Assembly: GCA_963836755.1 (NCBI GenBank)
Contig: CAWIKF010000002.1
Coordinates: 1,216,001 to 1,280,000 of the forward strand
DNA from: an uncultured Verrucomicrobiae bacterium
GTDB lineage: Bacteria; Verrucomicrobiota; Verrucomicrobiia; Chthoniobacterales; Chthoniobacteraceae
Reading direction: 5' to 3'
Length of the DNA stretch: 64,000 bases
The position numbers and the translations under genes were made by a program. Shown piece after piece: positions 52,635-60,960 of the stretch; position 1 is the stretch's first letter; every line of letters begins with the position of its first letter. The notes under the pieces are model-generated. The model worked only from the letters and a program-made list of their open reading frames with translations. It did not search any database and was not told the origin of the DNA.

Positions 52635-52757
52635 GTCTAACCATGCGATGGAGCCAACCACTGGCCGGCGTACGCGCAAGTTTTCCGTGAGTCCAACCCC
52701 ACATCCCGCCGCCACGCGCGCTCTCGCCAGTGGTGGCTGATCTTGTTCTCGTTAGGC
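52635..52757 (+). repeat. attC site (long type)
   Basis: GTCTAACCATGCGATGGAGCCAACCACTGG...CCAGTGGTGGCTGATCTTGTTCTCGTTAGGC. Confidence 0.9.
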
Positions 52758-52774
52758 TCCTTCCGCGCACTTCG

Positions 52775-53311
52775 ATGAAAGGCATTCAAGAACTCACCCT
52801 GAGAGTGTGCGTGACCGCCCTTTTCCTGTTTCCGGCGTTGTCTTTCGCTTATGCCCGCCCCAGACCAATCGCTGCTCGAATCATCAATATCCGTGGAGAG
52901 ACTCAACCCGAAGATGCAGTCGGCAATGTTGAGGTTACGCTCTCAAACCACCGCAAAGAGATATGGACTCGTAGCTGGCATTGCGAGCTTGCTAAAGTCT
53001 CCAAGACTAGGCTGGTAGGTTGGACTTACGCATCGGGCCAGCATACACGCGGCCCGTGGATGAACGATGAGTTGTGCATCGCGAACAGCAGGCACGACGT
53101 AACCCACTTTTCTGTTGATCGTGCGTTTATTGACCTTTGGGATTTTACCGATCACGATACTTGCGTCGTAATACGTTCACGGAACATTCATGGTCCTTCG
53201 TGGCTCGAGAAGTTTCGGATCGACACCGGCCAGTTCATCGATGAGTGTTCGGGCAGCAACTATCCTGAGAAGACCCCAGAATGGGCAAGACCATATCTCG
53301 ATGAACAATAG
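52775..53311 (+). CDS. Cassette 5: secreted hypothetical protein
   Basis: Signal peptide-like N-terminus; bounded by complementary core sites. Confidence 0.75.
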   Translation: MKGIQELTLRVCVTALFLFPALSFAYARPRPIAARIINIRGETQPEDAVGNVEVTLSNHRKEIWTRSWHCELAKVSKTRLVGWTYASGQHTRGPWMNDELCIANSRHDVTHFSVDRAFIDLWDFTDHDTCVVIRSRNIHGPSWLEKFRIDTGQFIDECSGSNYPEKTPEWARPYLDEQ

Positions 53312-53317
53312 CCAGGA

Positions 53318-53377
53318 GCCTAACCATGTGATGCAGCTAACAGACTCCACCTGTAGCTAATCTTTTTCTTGTTAGAT
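53318..53377 (+). repeat. attC site (60-bp type, diverged)
   Basis: GCCTAACCATGTGATGCAGCTAACAGACTCCACCTGTAGCTAATCTTTTTCTTGTTAGAT. Confidence 0.85.
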
Positions 53378-53490
53378 GCAGAATACGAGTATGAACGAAG
53401 TTGCTAAACCACCGTCAGCGCACCGGTGCTGCTTTTGATTTACCGCGTTAATTCTTGACTTCGCACCGTCGTGATTTCAAAATCAACATT

Positions 53491-53850
53491 ATGAAACGCT
53501 CCCTCCTTACAACACTCGCTCTTCTTCCATGTTTTGCGTTAGCCGCGACAAGTCCCACCTCCATACCCCCTGATGTAGCTCATGAGCTTTCGGTGATGAC
53601 GACCAAGCTGAAGCTGAGTGAGAGTCAGCAAGACAGGATCAGGCCGATACTTGTGGCGGAATTTAACAAGAAGCAAGCGATAGAGAACAGCACGCTCAGC
53701 GACAGGCAGAAACATGATCAGGTTGGGTCGAATCACAGGGCGGCGTTGCAAAAGATTAAGGCATTGTTTACGCCCGAACAACTGGCGCTGATAGAAGAGG
53801 ATCAGAATCATCCATCTACAAGTTCGACAAGGCCGAAATCGAGAGATTAG
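53491..53850 (+). CDS. Secreted Spy/CpxP-like (LTXXQ-type) helical protein
   Basis: Signal peptide, LKLSESQQDRI, IKALFTPEQ; no attC follows. Confidence 0.65.
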   Translation: MKRSLLTTLALLPCFALAATSPTSIPPDVAHELSVMTTKLKLSESQQDRIRPILVAEFNKKQAIENSTLSDRQKHDQVGSNHRAALQKIKALFTPEQLALIEEDQNHPSTSSTRPKSRD

Positions 53851-54098
53851 TTAATGAAAACAAAACATATTGGGTGAGTTGTTGCGGCTGCCTATTGCGC
53901 TACGCGGCGGATGCGCTTGCATTCTATCATGTTTTCCAGAGCCAATCGACTGATCAATCATACCGGTTTATTCTTTCAAGGATTTGTCCTTTGCCTCAGT
54001 TTCCTGTCGCAATGCAATCGCTGCTAGTTGGGCTAAGTCTAGCGATAGGAGGCAGAGACTTTAGGGGAGGAGAGGGGCGATTGTCGCCGCTTTAAACA

Positions 54099-54211
54099 CG
54101 GACGCCACGTACACCATTTAGAGACTCACTTTGGGGATATCGAACGATGACGCGCTGCTCTTTCCTCTCAGAATCCTGAATTGAGTGCAACACTGCCGTC
54201 CGCAGCGTCCG
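54099..54211. repeat. Inverted CGGACG repeat element, copy C
   Basis: CGGACG-CCA-CGTACA (degenerate), spacer, CGTCCG-CAG-CGTCCG; spacer aligns by eye with copy D. Confidence 0.75.
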
Positions 54212-54239
54212 CGATTACCTTTCCTAGGGCATTGTCCTT

Positions 54240-54464
54240 GTGCTGGCACTTCTCGCGGGCGTGCTCGGCTCTTGGTCTTTCCAGAGTATTCGTCCCTTCG
54301 ACTTTTACCACGAAGCCGATGGTGGTATGCCGGGATGGGAGCCCGTTATGATGTATTCTAAAACTACGATCCAGTGTTGTATCATTGCACTTGTTTCGGT
54401 ATTCGGCAGCGCACTTGCGTGCTACTTTATTACTCGACATGCTGAACCCCGCACAACGGACTAA
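54240..54464 (+). pseudogene. 5'-truncated cassette membrane protein
   Basis: Hydrophobic ORF ending in attC R''; begins just after repeat copy C. Confidence 0.5.
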
Positions 54465-54520
54465 CCATGCTATGCAAGTAAATCGATCCCGCCTGTAGCT
54501 GAGCTTGTATCTCCTTAGGC
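54459..54520 (+). repeat. attC site (60-bp type, degenerate; CTTAGGC core)
   Basis: GACTAACCATGCTATGC...CGCCTGTAGCTGAGCTTGTATCTCCTTAGGC. Confidence 0.75.
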
Positions 54521-54534
54521 TGTTGCACTATACC

Positions 54535-54954
54535 ATGAAACCTATTTTTCTCTTCAGCCTGCTCCCACTCATTTGCGCTGCCGCGTTGCCGCAGCAGGAC
54601 TTTATTGGTTCACGCATCACTGAGTTTGAACGTGTCTCTTACGATTTCCAACTTACGAAAACGGCTCTGCAGAAAGCACCTGTATGGAGCCCGGAAGCTC
54701 CATTTCCTCCGCTATCGCCTAGGAAAGCGCAGGAGATCGCTACGGCGCAGCTCCAAGAGTTGCTTCCCGATCAGCATCGGTGGATGCGCATTTCTAGGAT
54801 CACGCTGGAGGAGCTTGACGGTTCGCATTGGATTTACCTAGTGACATTTGATTATGTTCCGCCGACTCCGTATTCAGGACCAGCTCGGTTGTTCACGATT
54901 CCAGTTTATCTCGACGGTTTCATCATAACACCGCACATTCGCAAGCAAACATAA
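54535..54954 (+). CDS. Cassette: secreted hypothetical protein
   Basis: Signal peptide; PVWSP..PPLSPRKA..WIYLVTF..VYLDG. Confidence 0.75.
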   Translation: MKPIFLFSLLPLICAAALPQQDFIGSRITEFERVSYDFQLTKTALQKAPVWSPEAPFPPLSPRKAQEIATAQLQELLPDQHRWMRISRITLEELDGSHWIYLVTFDYVPPTPYSGPARLFTIPVYLDGFIITPHIRKQT

Positions 54955-54957
54955 TGA

Positions 54958-55018
54958 GGCTAACCATGCGATGCAGCTAAGAGGCTCCGCCTGTAGCTGC
55001 ATCTTGTTCTCGTTAGCT
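54958..55018 (+). repeat. attC site (60-bp type)
   Basis: GGCTAACCATGCGATGCAGCTAAGAGGCTCCGCCTGTAGCTGCATCTTGTTCTCGTTAGCT. Confidence 0.88.
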
Positions 55019-55035
55019 ACCCTGCACATCCAACC

Positions 55036-55353
55036 ATGAAATTCAGCCTATTCTTACCATTTGCAGCGGTCACACTCCTATGCGCCGGCTGTAACCATTC
55101 GGATCGCGACGATGATGTGTTGTTTATTGGCTACCGTTATGCCAAAGACAGCCATGCCTACGTTTCTGCCAACGCAACGAAATATATGGGCGATGGTTAT
55201 GCCACGTCGCTGAACGCCAGTCCCCATGTGAGGATTTGGGGTTCCATGTGCAGCCTGACTTGGGTCGAAACCGAGAGTGACGGGAGCAAAAGGACAAAAC
55301 ATGTCAGCTTCCCTGTATCGAACATCGACGAGATTGTTTGGAAGGGCGACTAG
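55036..55353 (+). CDS. Cassette: putative lipoprotein
   Basis: Lipobox-like LCAGC. Confidence 0.72.
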   Translation: MKFSLFLPFAAVTLLCAGCNHSDRDDDVLFIGYRYAKDSHAYVSANATKYMGDGYATSLNASPHVRIWGSMCSLTWVETESDGSKRTKHVSFPVSNIDEIVWKGD

Positions 55354-55374
55354 TTCGCTCGGCCGTATCACCCA

Positions 55375-55476
55375 GCCTAAAAGGCGCTCCAGCGAACCGA
55401 GGCTGGCGATGGGCTTTTTCTTGTATTCCAAGTCTTCTCGCGCCAGCCTCTGTCGCTGAGCTTGAGTCCGTTAGGC
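55375..55476 (+). repeat. attC site (intermediate length)
   Basis: GCCTAAAAGGCGCTCCAGCGAACCGAGGCTGGCG...CGCCAGCCTCTGTCGCTGAGCTTGAGTCCGTTAGGC. Confidence 0.85.
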
Positions 55477-55479
55477 TCC

Positions 55480-55839
55480 ATGCGCTTTTTCATCGCCATT
55501 ATAGGTTTGTTTGTTTTGTGCGGTTGCCACAGTCAAATGGCATCCGAACCACAGCGAGAGGCTGGCGCACCGTTTGGCGATATGTGGCGTCCAGATGACA
55601 GTCGGTTCACGCAGCGTGAGCACGAGATTGTCGCTTCCGCTCGTAGTTATCTCGACAAGCAACAGAAGAAGCCAGTCGATGGATATTACAAACTTGAGCA
55701 CACAAAAGATCGCTACGAGGTCTTTGTTATGTTTGCCGCTGGCCGCGAGCATGGCCGCCCGTTATTTTATCCCGGCGGTCATTGCACTGTGTTGCTCCGA
55801 GAAGATGGGAGTGTGATTCGTGTATTACCTGGAGCCTAA
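55480..55839 (+). CDS. Cassette: putative lipoprotein
   Basis: Lipobox-like LCGC; stop in R''; flanks GTTAGGCTCCA/TGGAGCCTAAC are complementary. Confidence 0.78.
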   Translation: MRFFIAIIGLFVLCGCHSQMASEPQREAGAPFGDMWRPDDSRFTQREHEIVASARSYLDKQQKKPVDGYYKLEHTKDRYEVFVMFAAGREHGRPLFYPGGHCTVLLREDGSVIRVLPGA

Positions 55840-55901
55840 CAAGTCGCTGAAGCCAACCGCAGTTGGTACTTGCAGTTCCGCTGTCGCGGTTCACGTTAGG
55901 T
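55834..55901 (+). repeat. attC site, right arm missing
   Basis: GCCTAACAAGTCGCTGAAGCCAACCGC... with no matching right arm; GTTAGGT at 55895. Confidence 0.65.
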
Positions 55902-55982
55902 GTTGCCGGCCGCTCACCAATCGACAACAACCGAAGCAAACTAGCTGATCTTCAGCAGATGCGTCTCGACAATCGCACTTCC

Positions 55983-56284
55983 ATGAAAGGTCTATCTATC
56001 GTAATCCTCCTCGCTGCTCTGACCTCGGCGCTGTTTGCCCGAAACATACAGTGGCGAACGAAAGATAAGCCACCTGTTTCCATCATTGCGGCAGTGGAGG
56101 CCGCGACCAAGGAATTGGACAAAGGAGGTGCTGATTTTTACTGCCTGGGAGTAGCATCGGAAGGAACTTCTCAGAATGCGACTGGCTGCTTACATTCTCG
56201 AACGCTGCTGGTGAGGTCCGCTGGGTTTCCGTCGGTAGCGACGGTAAGATTAGAGTCAGCAAGGAAGCATTTGAATATGATTGA
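55983..56284 (+). pseudogene. Frameshifted secreted cassette protein
   Basis: MKGLSIVILLAAL...DFYCLG continues in another frame as CDWLLTFSNAAGEVRWVSVGSDGKIRV. Confidence 0.55.
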
Positions 56285-56425
56285 CACCCAATCCCACCTC
56301 TCCCGCGAACAGCGGCTCAGAGTCAGGTCTTTCCTGTTTGGAATCCTTGACCTGGCCTGCCTCTGTCGCTGGACTTCGGTCGGTGATGCGGCATTCGGAC
56401 CCTCCAAACAAATCTGATCCCGCCG

Positions 56426-57091
56426 ATGAAGACTACGCTCAGCGTGGCGTTATTACTTTTAGTCTGCACCGGAATTGGGCAGGCGAAACTGATCGAATCC
56501 TATCGGATGGATTCGCTGGTCTTGTTCTCTGATGTCATCGTTTATTGCGACGAGGAGGATGTGAAAAGAAAGGAGATCCCGCACGAGATCACCGATTCGC
56601 GAGGTCTGGTAAAATGGACCGATACGATCACCATCACGCGATGCAAGGTGCTGCAGAGTTTTAAGGGCGATCTTGCGCCAGGTGCGGAAATCACGGTCGA
56701 ATATTACAACGTATTCTGCCGCTACTTATTCGAGAACGGGCCATACACGGTGCTGAATGCTGCGAGAGAAGTCGTTTCCGTGCATAAGGCCGAGTATTTT
56801 CCTCCGGGAAAAGTTTTGCTGTTTCTACGCAAGGATTCCGCAGCAGGTTATGGAGTCGTGGATTCAAAATTGGTGCAGGATGGAAAGGTTTACCGCTACG
56901 TCCAGATGATGAATCCCGGCCCGCTTAATCTCTGCCGGCAAGGGCCTGAGAATTTCAAGCTAGCGAAAGGCAAGCCTTACGGCGAAGAGGAACTTCTCAG
57001 GGACATGACGCTGGCCCTGAAGAAATCCGTCATGCTCAAAAGGCCGGTCCCTGAAAGCATTGATGAAACGATGAAGGCTGCGGCAGAATGA
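56426..57091 (+). CDS. Secreted hypothetical protein
   Basis: Signal peptide, 221 aa. Confidence 0.72.
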   Translation: MKTTLSVALLLLVCTGIGQAKLIESYRMDSLVLFSDVIVYCDEEDVKRKEIPHEITDSRGLVKWTDTITITRCKVLQSFKGDLAPGAEITVEYYNVFCRYLFENGPYTVLNAAREVVSVHKAEYFPPGKVLLFLRKDSAAGYGVVDSKLVQDGKVYRYVQMMNPGPLNLCRQGPENFKLAKGKPYGEEELLRDMTLALKKSVMLKRPVPESIDETMKAAAE

Positions 57092-57711
57092 GCAAGCTGA
57101 TGCAGCAAACGGCGGCGGCCCTTTTGGTTCTTCTGGCCTTTTCATCCCGACCAAGTCTGGGTGCGGAGCTCAAACTTTTCCGAGTGCGCGATAAGCCAAT
57201 GATTTCGCCAGACAATCGGCTTGGTCTTGCTACAGAATATTCAGACGGAGACGAACCCGCCGGTGACGGGCTTTGGCTGGTTCGTCTGCCTTCGATGACG
57301 CCCATCGGCAAGCCCGTTAAAACTGGGCCGTTCTTGGGGAATCGGGGAGATGCGGTGTGGAACCTGCGCGCTCACCGTGTGGCAGTCAGCGCAGGTGGTC
57401 TTCCCCAACGGGAGACCAAGGTCTTTGAGTATTCCGCTGACTCATTTCGCGCTCTCGCTCCTCTGCCGGACATGCGACAACTCGTTTCACGATATTTCTC
57501 AGGGGTAACTCGATTCGGCTATAAATTCTACGTTGATGTCAAACGCTGGCAGGACAAGAACACGCTCGAAGTGACCGTAGATGCAGACGCGACCTTCAAG
57601 GGAGGAAGCAGCGACTGGATTAGCCTCAGAGTAGTCGTGAAGCTCAATAAGGAGAAACAATGGCGAATTGTTTCTGTGATTGATCTTGCGAGTCGAGCCA
57701 GCCATGACTAA
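57088..57711 (+). CDS. Secreted hypothetical protein
   Basis: Signal peptide; ATGA overlap with the previous gene; stop within GACTAAC. Confidence 0.72.
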   Translation: MSKLMQQTAAALLVLLAFSSRPSLGAELKLFRVRDKPMISPDNRLGLATEYSDGDEPAGDGLWLVRLPSMTPIGKPVKTGPFLGNRGDAVWNLRAHRVAVSAGGLPQRETKVFEYSADSFRALAPLPDMRQLVSRYFSGVTRFGYKFYVDVKRWQDKNTLEVTVDADATFKGGSSDWISLRVVVKLNKEKQWRIVSVIDLASRASHD

Positions 57712-57740
57712 CATGGTGCCCGCGCGTCACTCCGCACACT

Positions 57741-57799
57741 CGGGACCCGGCGATGCAGCTAACATCTTCCCCCGATAGCTGATCTTGTTCTCGTTAAGT
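57741..57799 (+). repeat. attC site (60-bp type, degenerate R'')
   Basis: GCGATGCAGCTAAC...TAGCTGATCTTGTTCTCGTTAAGT. Confidence 0.75.
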
Positions 57800-57817
57800 C
57801 ACCACTACCACACCATT

Positions 57818-58834
57818 GTGCGAGCCCAAATCTTTTTCTTCTTTACTATTCTATCACTCCGGCTGCAGGCCACTCCCATACAAGACAGGCTGTCGTTGAA
57901 AACCGTTTCTGGGCAGTATGAAGCAGTGGAAGGGGTCGACGGCTATGACGCCACAGAATTTCCTACACTTCGGCTCAAAGCGTTGGATGCTGGTGACGAG
58001 CCTTTCTTCAGCCGGGTGGAAATTAGTTTTACTTGCTACTGGATTAGCCACAAGGACGCTATTCGCTTTCAAGGCGCGGGAGTTGGTTCAATTGACGAAA
58101 ATGGCGTTCTGAACTTCGCATTTGTTGATGAGGATGGGCGCCACGGAACTGGAAAGTGGCGCCGTCAGGGAACCCAATATGAACTTTCGTTGGTATGTTC
58201 AGAACACATCGAAGGATCGCAACACGAAGACATGAAGATGTTATTTGTTTACGGCGAGCCACACTTGTATTCCAAGACAAATAATGATGCGCTGCAGCGA
58301 ACGTCGTCGGCGCCTCGTGGCAAAGCTTTGACTGCCGAGCCAACGGCGAAGAAGCGGAACCGAACACCACCAGCGGGAGGCGACGTTAGCAGGCTAATTT
58401 CGCTTATCGGCAAAGATAAACGAAGAAAGGAGGTGCAGGAGTTCTTAGATGGCTTCGGCTCAACTCCAGAAGTTGACAAATTCAAGGGAGATACAAGGCC
58501 AGATGGAAGCAAAGGTTCTCCATGTGAGTATTACAGTTACAAAGATAAGGGGATTTCGATCAGAATTGCCGGGGGAGTGATTACGTCTATTTTCTTATAT
58601 TACGAAGGTGCGGATGGATTCCATCAGTATCACGGGCTGTTGCCCTATGGCCTTCGTTTCATGATGAACCGAAAAGAAATTGAAAATAAGATCGGTATAG
58701 CTTCCGATTACCTAGGGACCGAATTGAATGTTTTCGCAAGTTATCCAAAGAAGAAGATGTATCTTACATACGACTCGCCGTCGAAGACGGACATGAGCGC
58801 CCACCTTTACGAGATATGCTTGGCTGACGAATGA
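57818..58834 (+). CDS. Cassette hypothetical protein, possibly a fusion of two cassette ORFs
   Basis: Signal peptide; internal attC-like remnant near 58280. Confidence 0.65.
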   Translation: MRAQIFFFFTILSLRLQATPIQDRLSLKTVSGQYEAVEGVDGYDATEFPTLRLKALDAGDEPFFSRVEISFTCYWISHKDAIRFQGAGVGSIDENGVLNFAFVDEDGRHGTGKWRRQGTQYELSLVCSEHIEGSQHEDMKMLFVYGEPHLYSKTNNDALQRTSSAPRGKALTAEPTAKKRNRTPPAGGDVSRLISLIGKDKRRKEVQEFLDGFGSTPEVDKFKGDTRPDGSKGSPCEYYSYKDKGISIRIAGGVITSIFLYYEGADGFHQYHGLLPYGLRFMMNRKEIENKIGIASDYLGTELNVFASYPKKKMYLTYDSPSKTDMSAHLYEICLADE

Positions 58835-58892
58835 CCCCTTGCCATTGCTCCGCTACGATTTAGATGACCGCCATGACATTTCGCACCTCGTC

Positions 58893-58940
58893 GTCTAACC
58901 CTGCGATGCAGCTAAATGGCTCGGTGCGTCACGCCATGCC
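58893..58940 (+). repeat. Final attC, left arm only
   Basis: GTCTAACCCTGCGATGCAGCTAA with no right arm before repeat copy D. Confidence 0.7.
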
Positions 58941-58975
58941 AAAAAGATGATTAACCGAGTGCTAAAAGGAGAGCC

Positions 58976-59089
58976 CGGACGCCACGGACGCCATTTAGCA
59001 ACTTACTTTGGAATGTTGAACTGGCGATCCGGCTGCTCTCTCCGCTCACACTTCTAAAAGGAGTGCAAAATTGCCGTCCGTAGCGTCCG
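58976..59089. repeat. Inverted CGGACG repeat element, copy D
   Basis: CGGACG-CCA-CGGACG, ~84-bp spacer, CGTCCG-TAG-CGTCCG. Confidence 0.8.
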
Positions 59090-59692
59090 TAGAGTGAAGT
59101 AAGTCGATGAAATTTCGGCATTCTCAAAAGTTCCTTTCGGGTTGTGTTCTCTCAGCTCATCCTTCAGCTCAAGCGTGGGGAGGATCCGTGCGCAGAGTAT
59201 TCCAACCGCATGAAGGACGAACTTGACGAACCCTTTGCACTTCATGAACACTCCTATCCTGGGTTGCTCACGCTGAAGGGCTACATCACCTTGTTCTCCA
59301 TTGGCGCTCACGCTTCCGTGCGGCGCGTGAAGGTTGAATCTGCCGTTCAACGCGCCAAGGAACTAAGCATCGATTACAAGTGTGCTCCTCCGGATTTGTA
59401 TCCCGAGCGAGGCGGATTCTCCTACATCGCGAATCACGGCTGATGTTTGCGAGCATGCTAGTATCGCTCCCTGAGCGAGAGCTGATAGGAACATGCATGT
59501 GTCGTGTCTACTCGAACTGCTCTCGGCTGAGTCTAATGAGACGGTGGCGAAATCTCGGGTTATTAGAAGACTGGCACGCGGAGCTCTGGCCAGAAGACTA
59601 ACAAAGGTTTAATTTTGCGGTTTGGCGCACCATCCCAGGCTAAGCCAGCTCACCAAAGCAACGTTCTCTCGAAATCAGTAGCGGTATTCAAA

Positions 59693-60622
59693 ATGAAGCT
59701 TCTTAAATCTGATAACCATTACTTCGCCTACCATTCCGAAGAAATCATGGGATACAAGTATGCTCCCAAAAAGAGCGAGGACTTTCGTTTTCTCACAGAC
59801 AAGCCACTTAGCTTTGTTGAAAAGGTAAGGAAGGGTATTGTCTGGGTTATTTGCGGTTCTGAGAATTCTTCCGGAGGTAAGTCGTATTATCTTCGAGCTG
59901 CTTTTCGTGCCACACGGATTGAGGAATACGAGTATGACTCTGAAGCATTCAATGGTGACTTTGAACCTTCTCTCTGCATTCTGGGTCGTGAAGGTGTTCT
60001 CCTTAGGCCAATAAAACTCAATGGGATTAAATGGTTTGAAGATTATTACGTAGCGAAACGAAGATATAGTCTTGGCATTCACGAGATAATGTCGAATCCC
60101 ATTGTTGATTCTTTGTTCGACCTTGTGAGATCTCACCCCGGTTTCGAGATGTTGGGGATACAAACCGACGTCCCGTCCAAGTTATTGCAATCAATGAAAC
60201 TGCACGACTTGACGCGATTTGTCGAAGCACAGCAGGATGTTTATGAATCCGCACTGTCTGAACTAAAGCGAGGCAGCAAGGAATCCCACTGGATGTGGTT
60301 CATATTTCCGCAGATCGGTGGGCTTGGCCACAGCACAATGGCAAAGAAATATGCCATCAAGTCACGGCAGGAGGCTGAAACTTATCTTCTACATCCAGTG
60401 CTCGGGCCGCGACTCGTTAAATGCTCAAGGGCTCTTCTACAAATCCAGAACAAGTCTGCCTCAGAAATCATGGGTTCTCCGGACGACTTAAAGCTCAGGT
60501 CGAGCATGACACTATTTGCCCGCGTCTCTGAAGCGAATTCAGTGTTTCATCAGGTGATCGACAAATATTTCCAAGGTCGAGCTGACCAACGTACCATTGA
60601 GATCCTCAATGCCGGCTTGTGA
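59693..60622 (+). CDS. Unknown N-terminal domain fused to DUF1810
   Basis: From 60194 DLTRFVEAQ..KESHWMWFIFPQIGGLG..PDDLKLRSSMTLF. Confidence 0.75.
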   Translation: MKLLKSDNHYFAYHSEEIMGYKYAPKKSEDFRFLTDKPLSFVEKVRKGIVWVICGSENSSGGKSYYLRAAFRATRIEEYEYDSEAFNGDFEPSLCILGREGVLLRPIKLNGIKWFEDYYVAKRRYSLGIHEIMSNPIVDSLFDLVRSHPGFEMLGIQTDVPSKLLQSMKLHDLTRFVEAQQDVYESALSELKRGSKESHWMWFIFPQIGGLGHSTMAKKYAIKSRQEAETYLLHPVLGPRLVKCSRALLQIQNKSASEIMGSPDDLKLRSSMTLFARVSEANSVFHQVIDKYFQGRADQRTIEILNAGL

Positions 60623-60960
60623 TGGCTGCGCGATCACGCGAGCCTTTGTCCTCAGCTCTTAGCTATAGCTGATCCATGAATCGCGAACAATGTGCCCGAT
60701 TCTCTTGGCCTCGAAGTCCACACGAATAGCCACGCCTATCAGCTTCTCCCAGCATGGCACATCCAGTTCATTCAAGATTGTAAAAACCTCCGGTGGTGCA
60801 AATCTGGCAATCAGCAATCTGTCCTGGGAGTGTCGAATATAGAGCGCAGCTTCTCCCTTGCACTTTTCGTTGTAGCCCAGCCGGGTGGAAATAATCGTCG
60901 CCGTGTCCATTTTCGTGATGGTAACTTAACCTGCTGCCGAACCAATCCAGAGTGGAAGAA

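Larger units (their letters stand above)
51104..58940 (+). mobile_element. Integron gene cassette array lacking intI (CALIN-like)
   Basis: Co-oriented short ORFs separated by RYYTAAC...GTTAGRY imperfect palindromes; cassette core sites are complementary. Confidence 0.9.

Noticed and set aside
50221..58940. CRISPR-Cas locus (Cas2-like gene plus repeats)
   Set aside because: The repeats are attC-type palindromes separated by whole genes of variable length; no cas1 or effector is seen.
59144..59601. Short ORFs after repeat copy D
   Set aside because: No clear start or recognisable motif; probably gene fragments that I cannot support as features.
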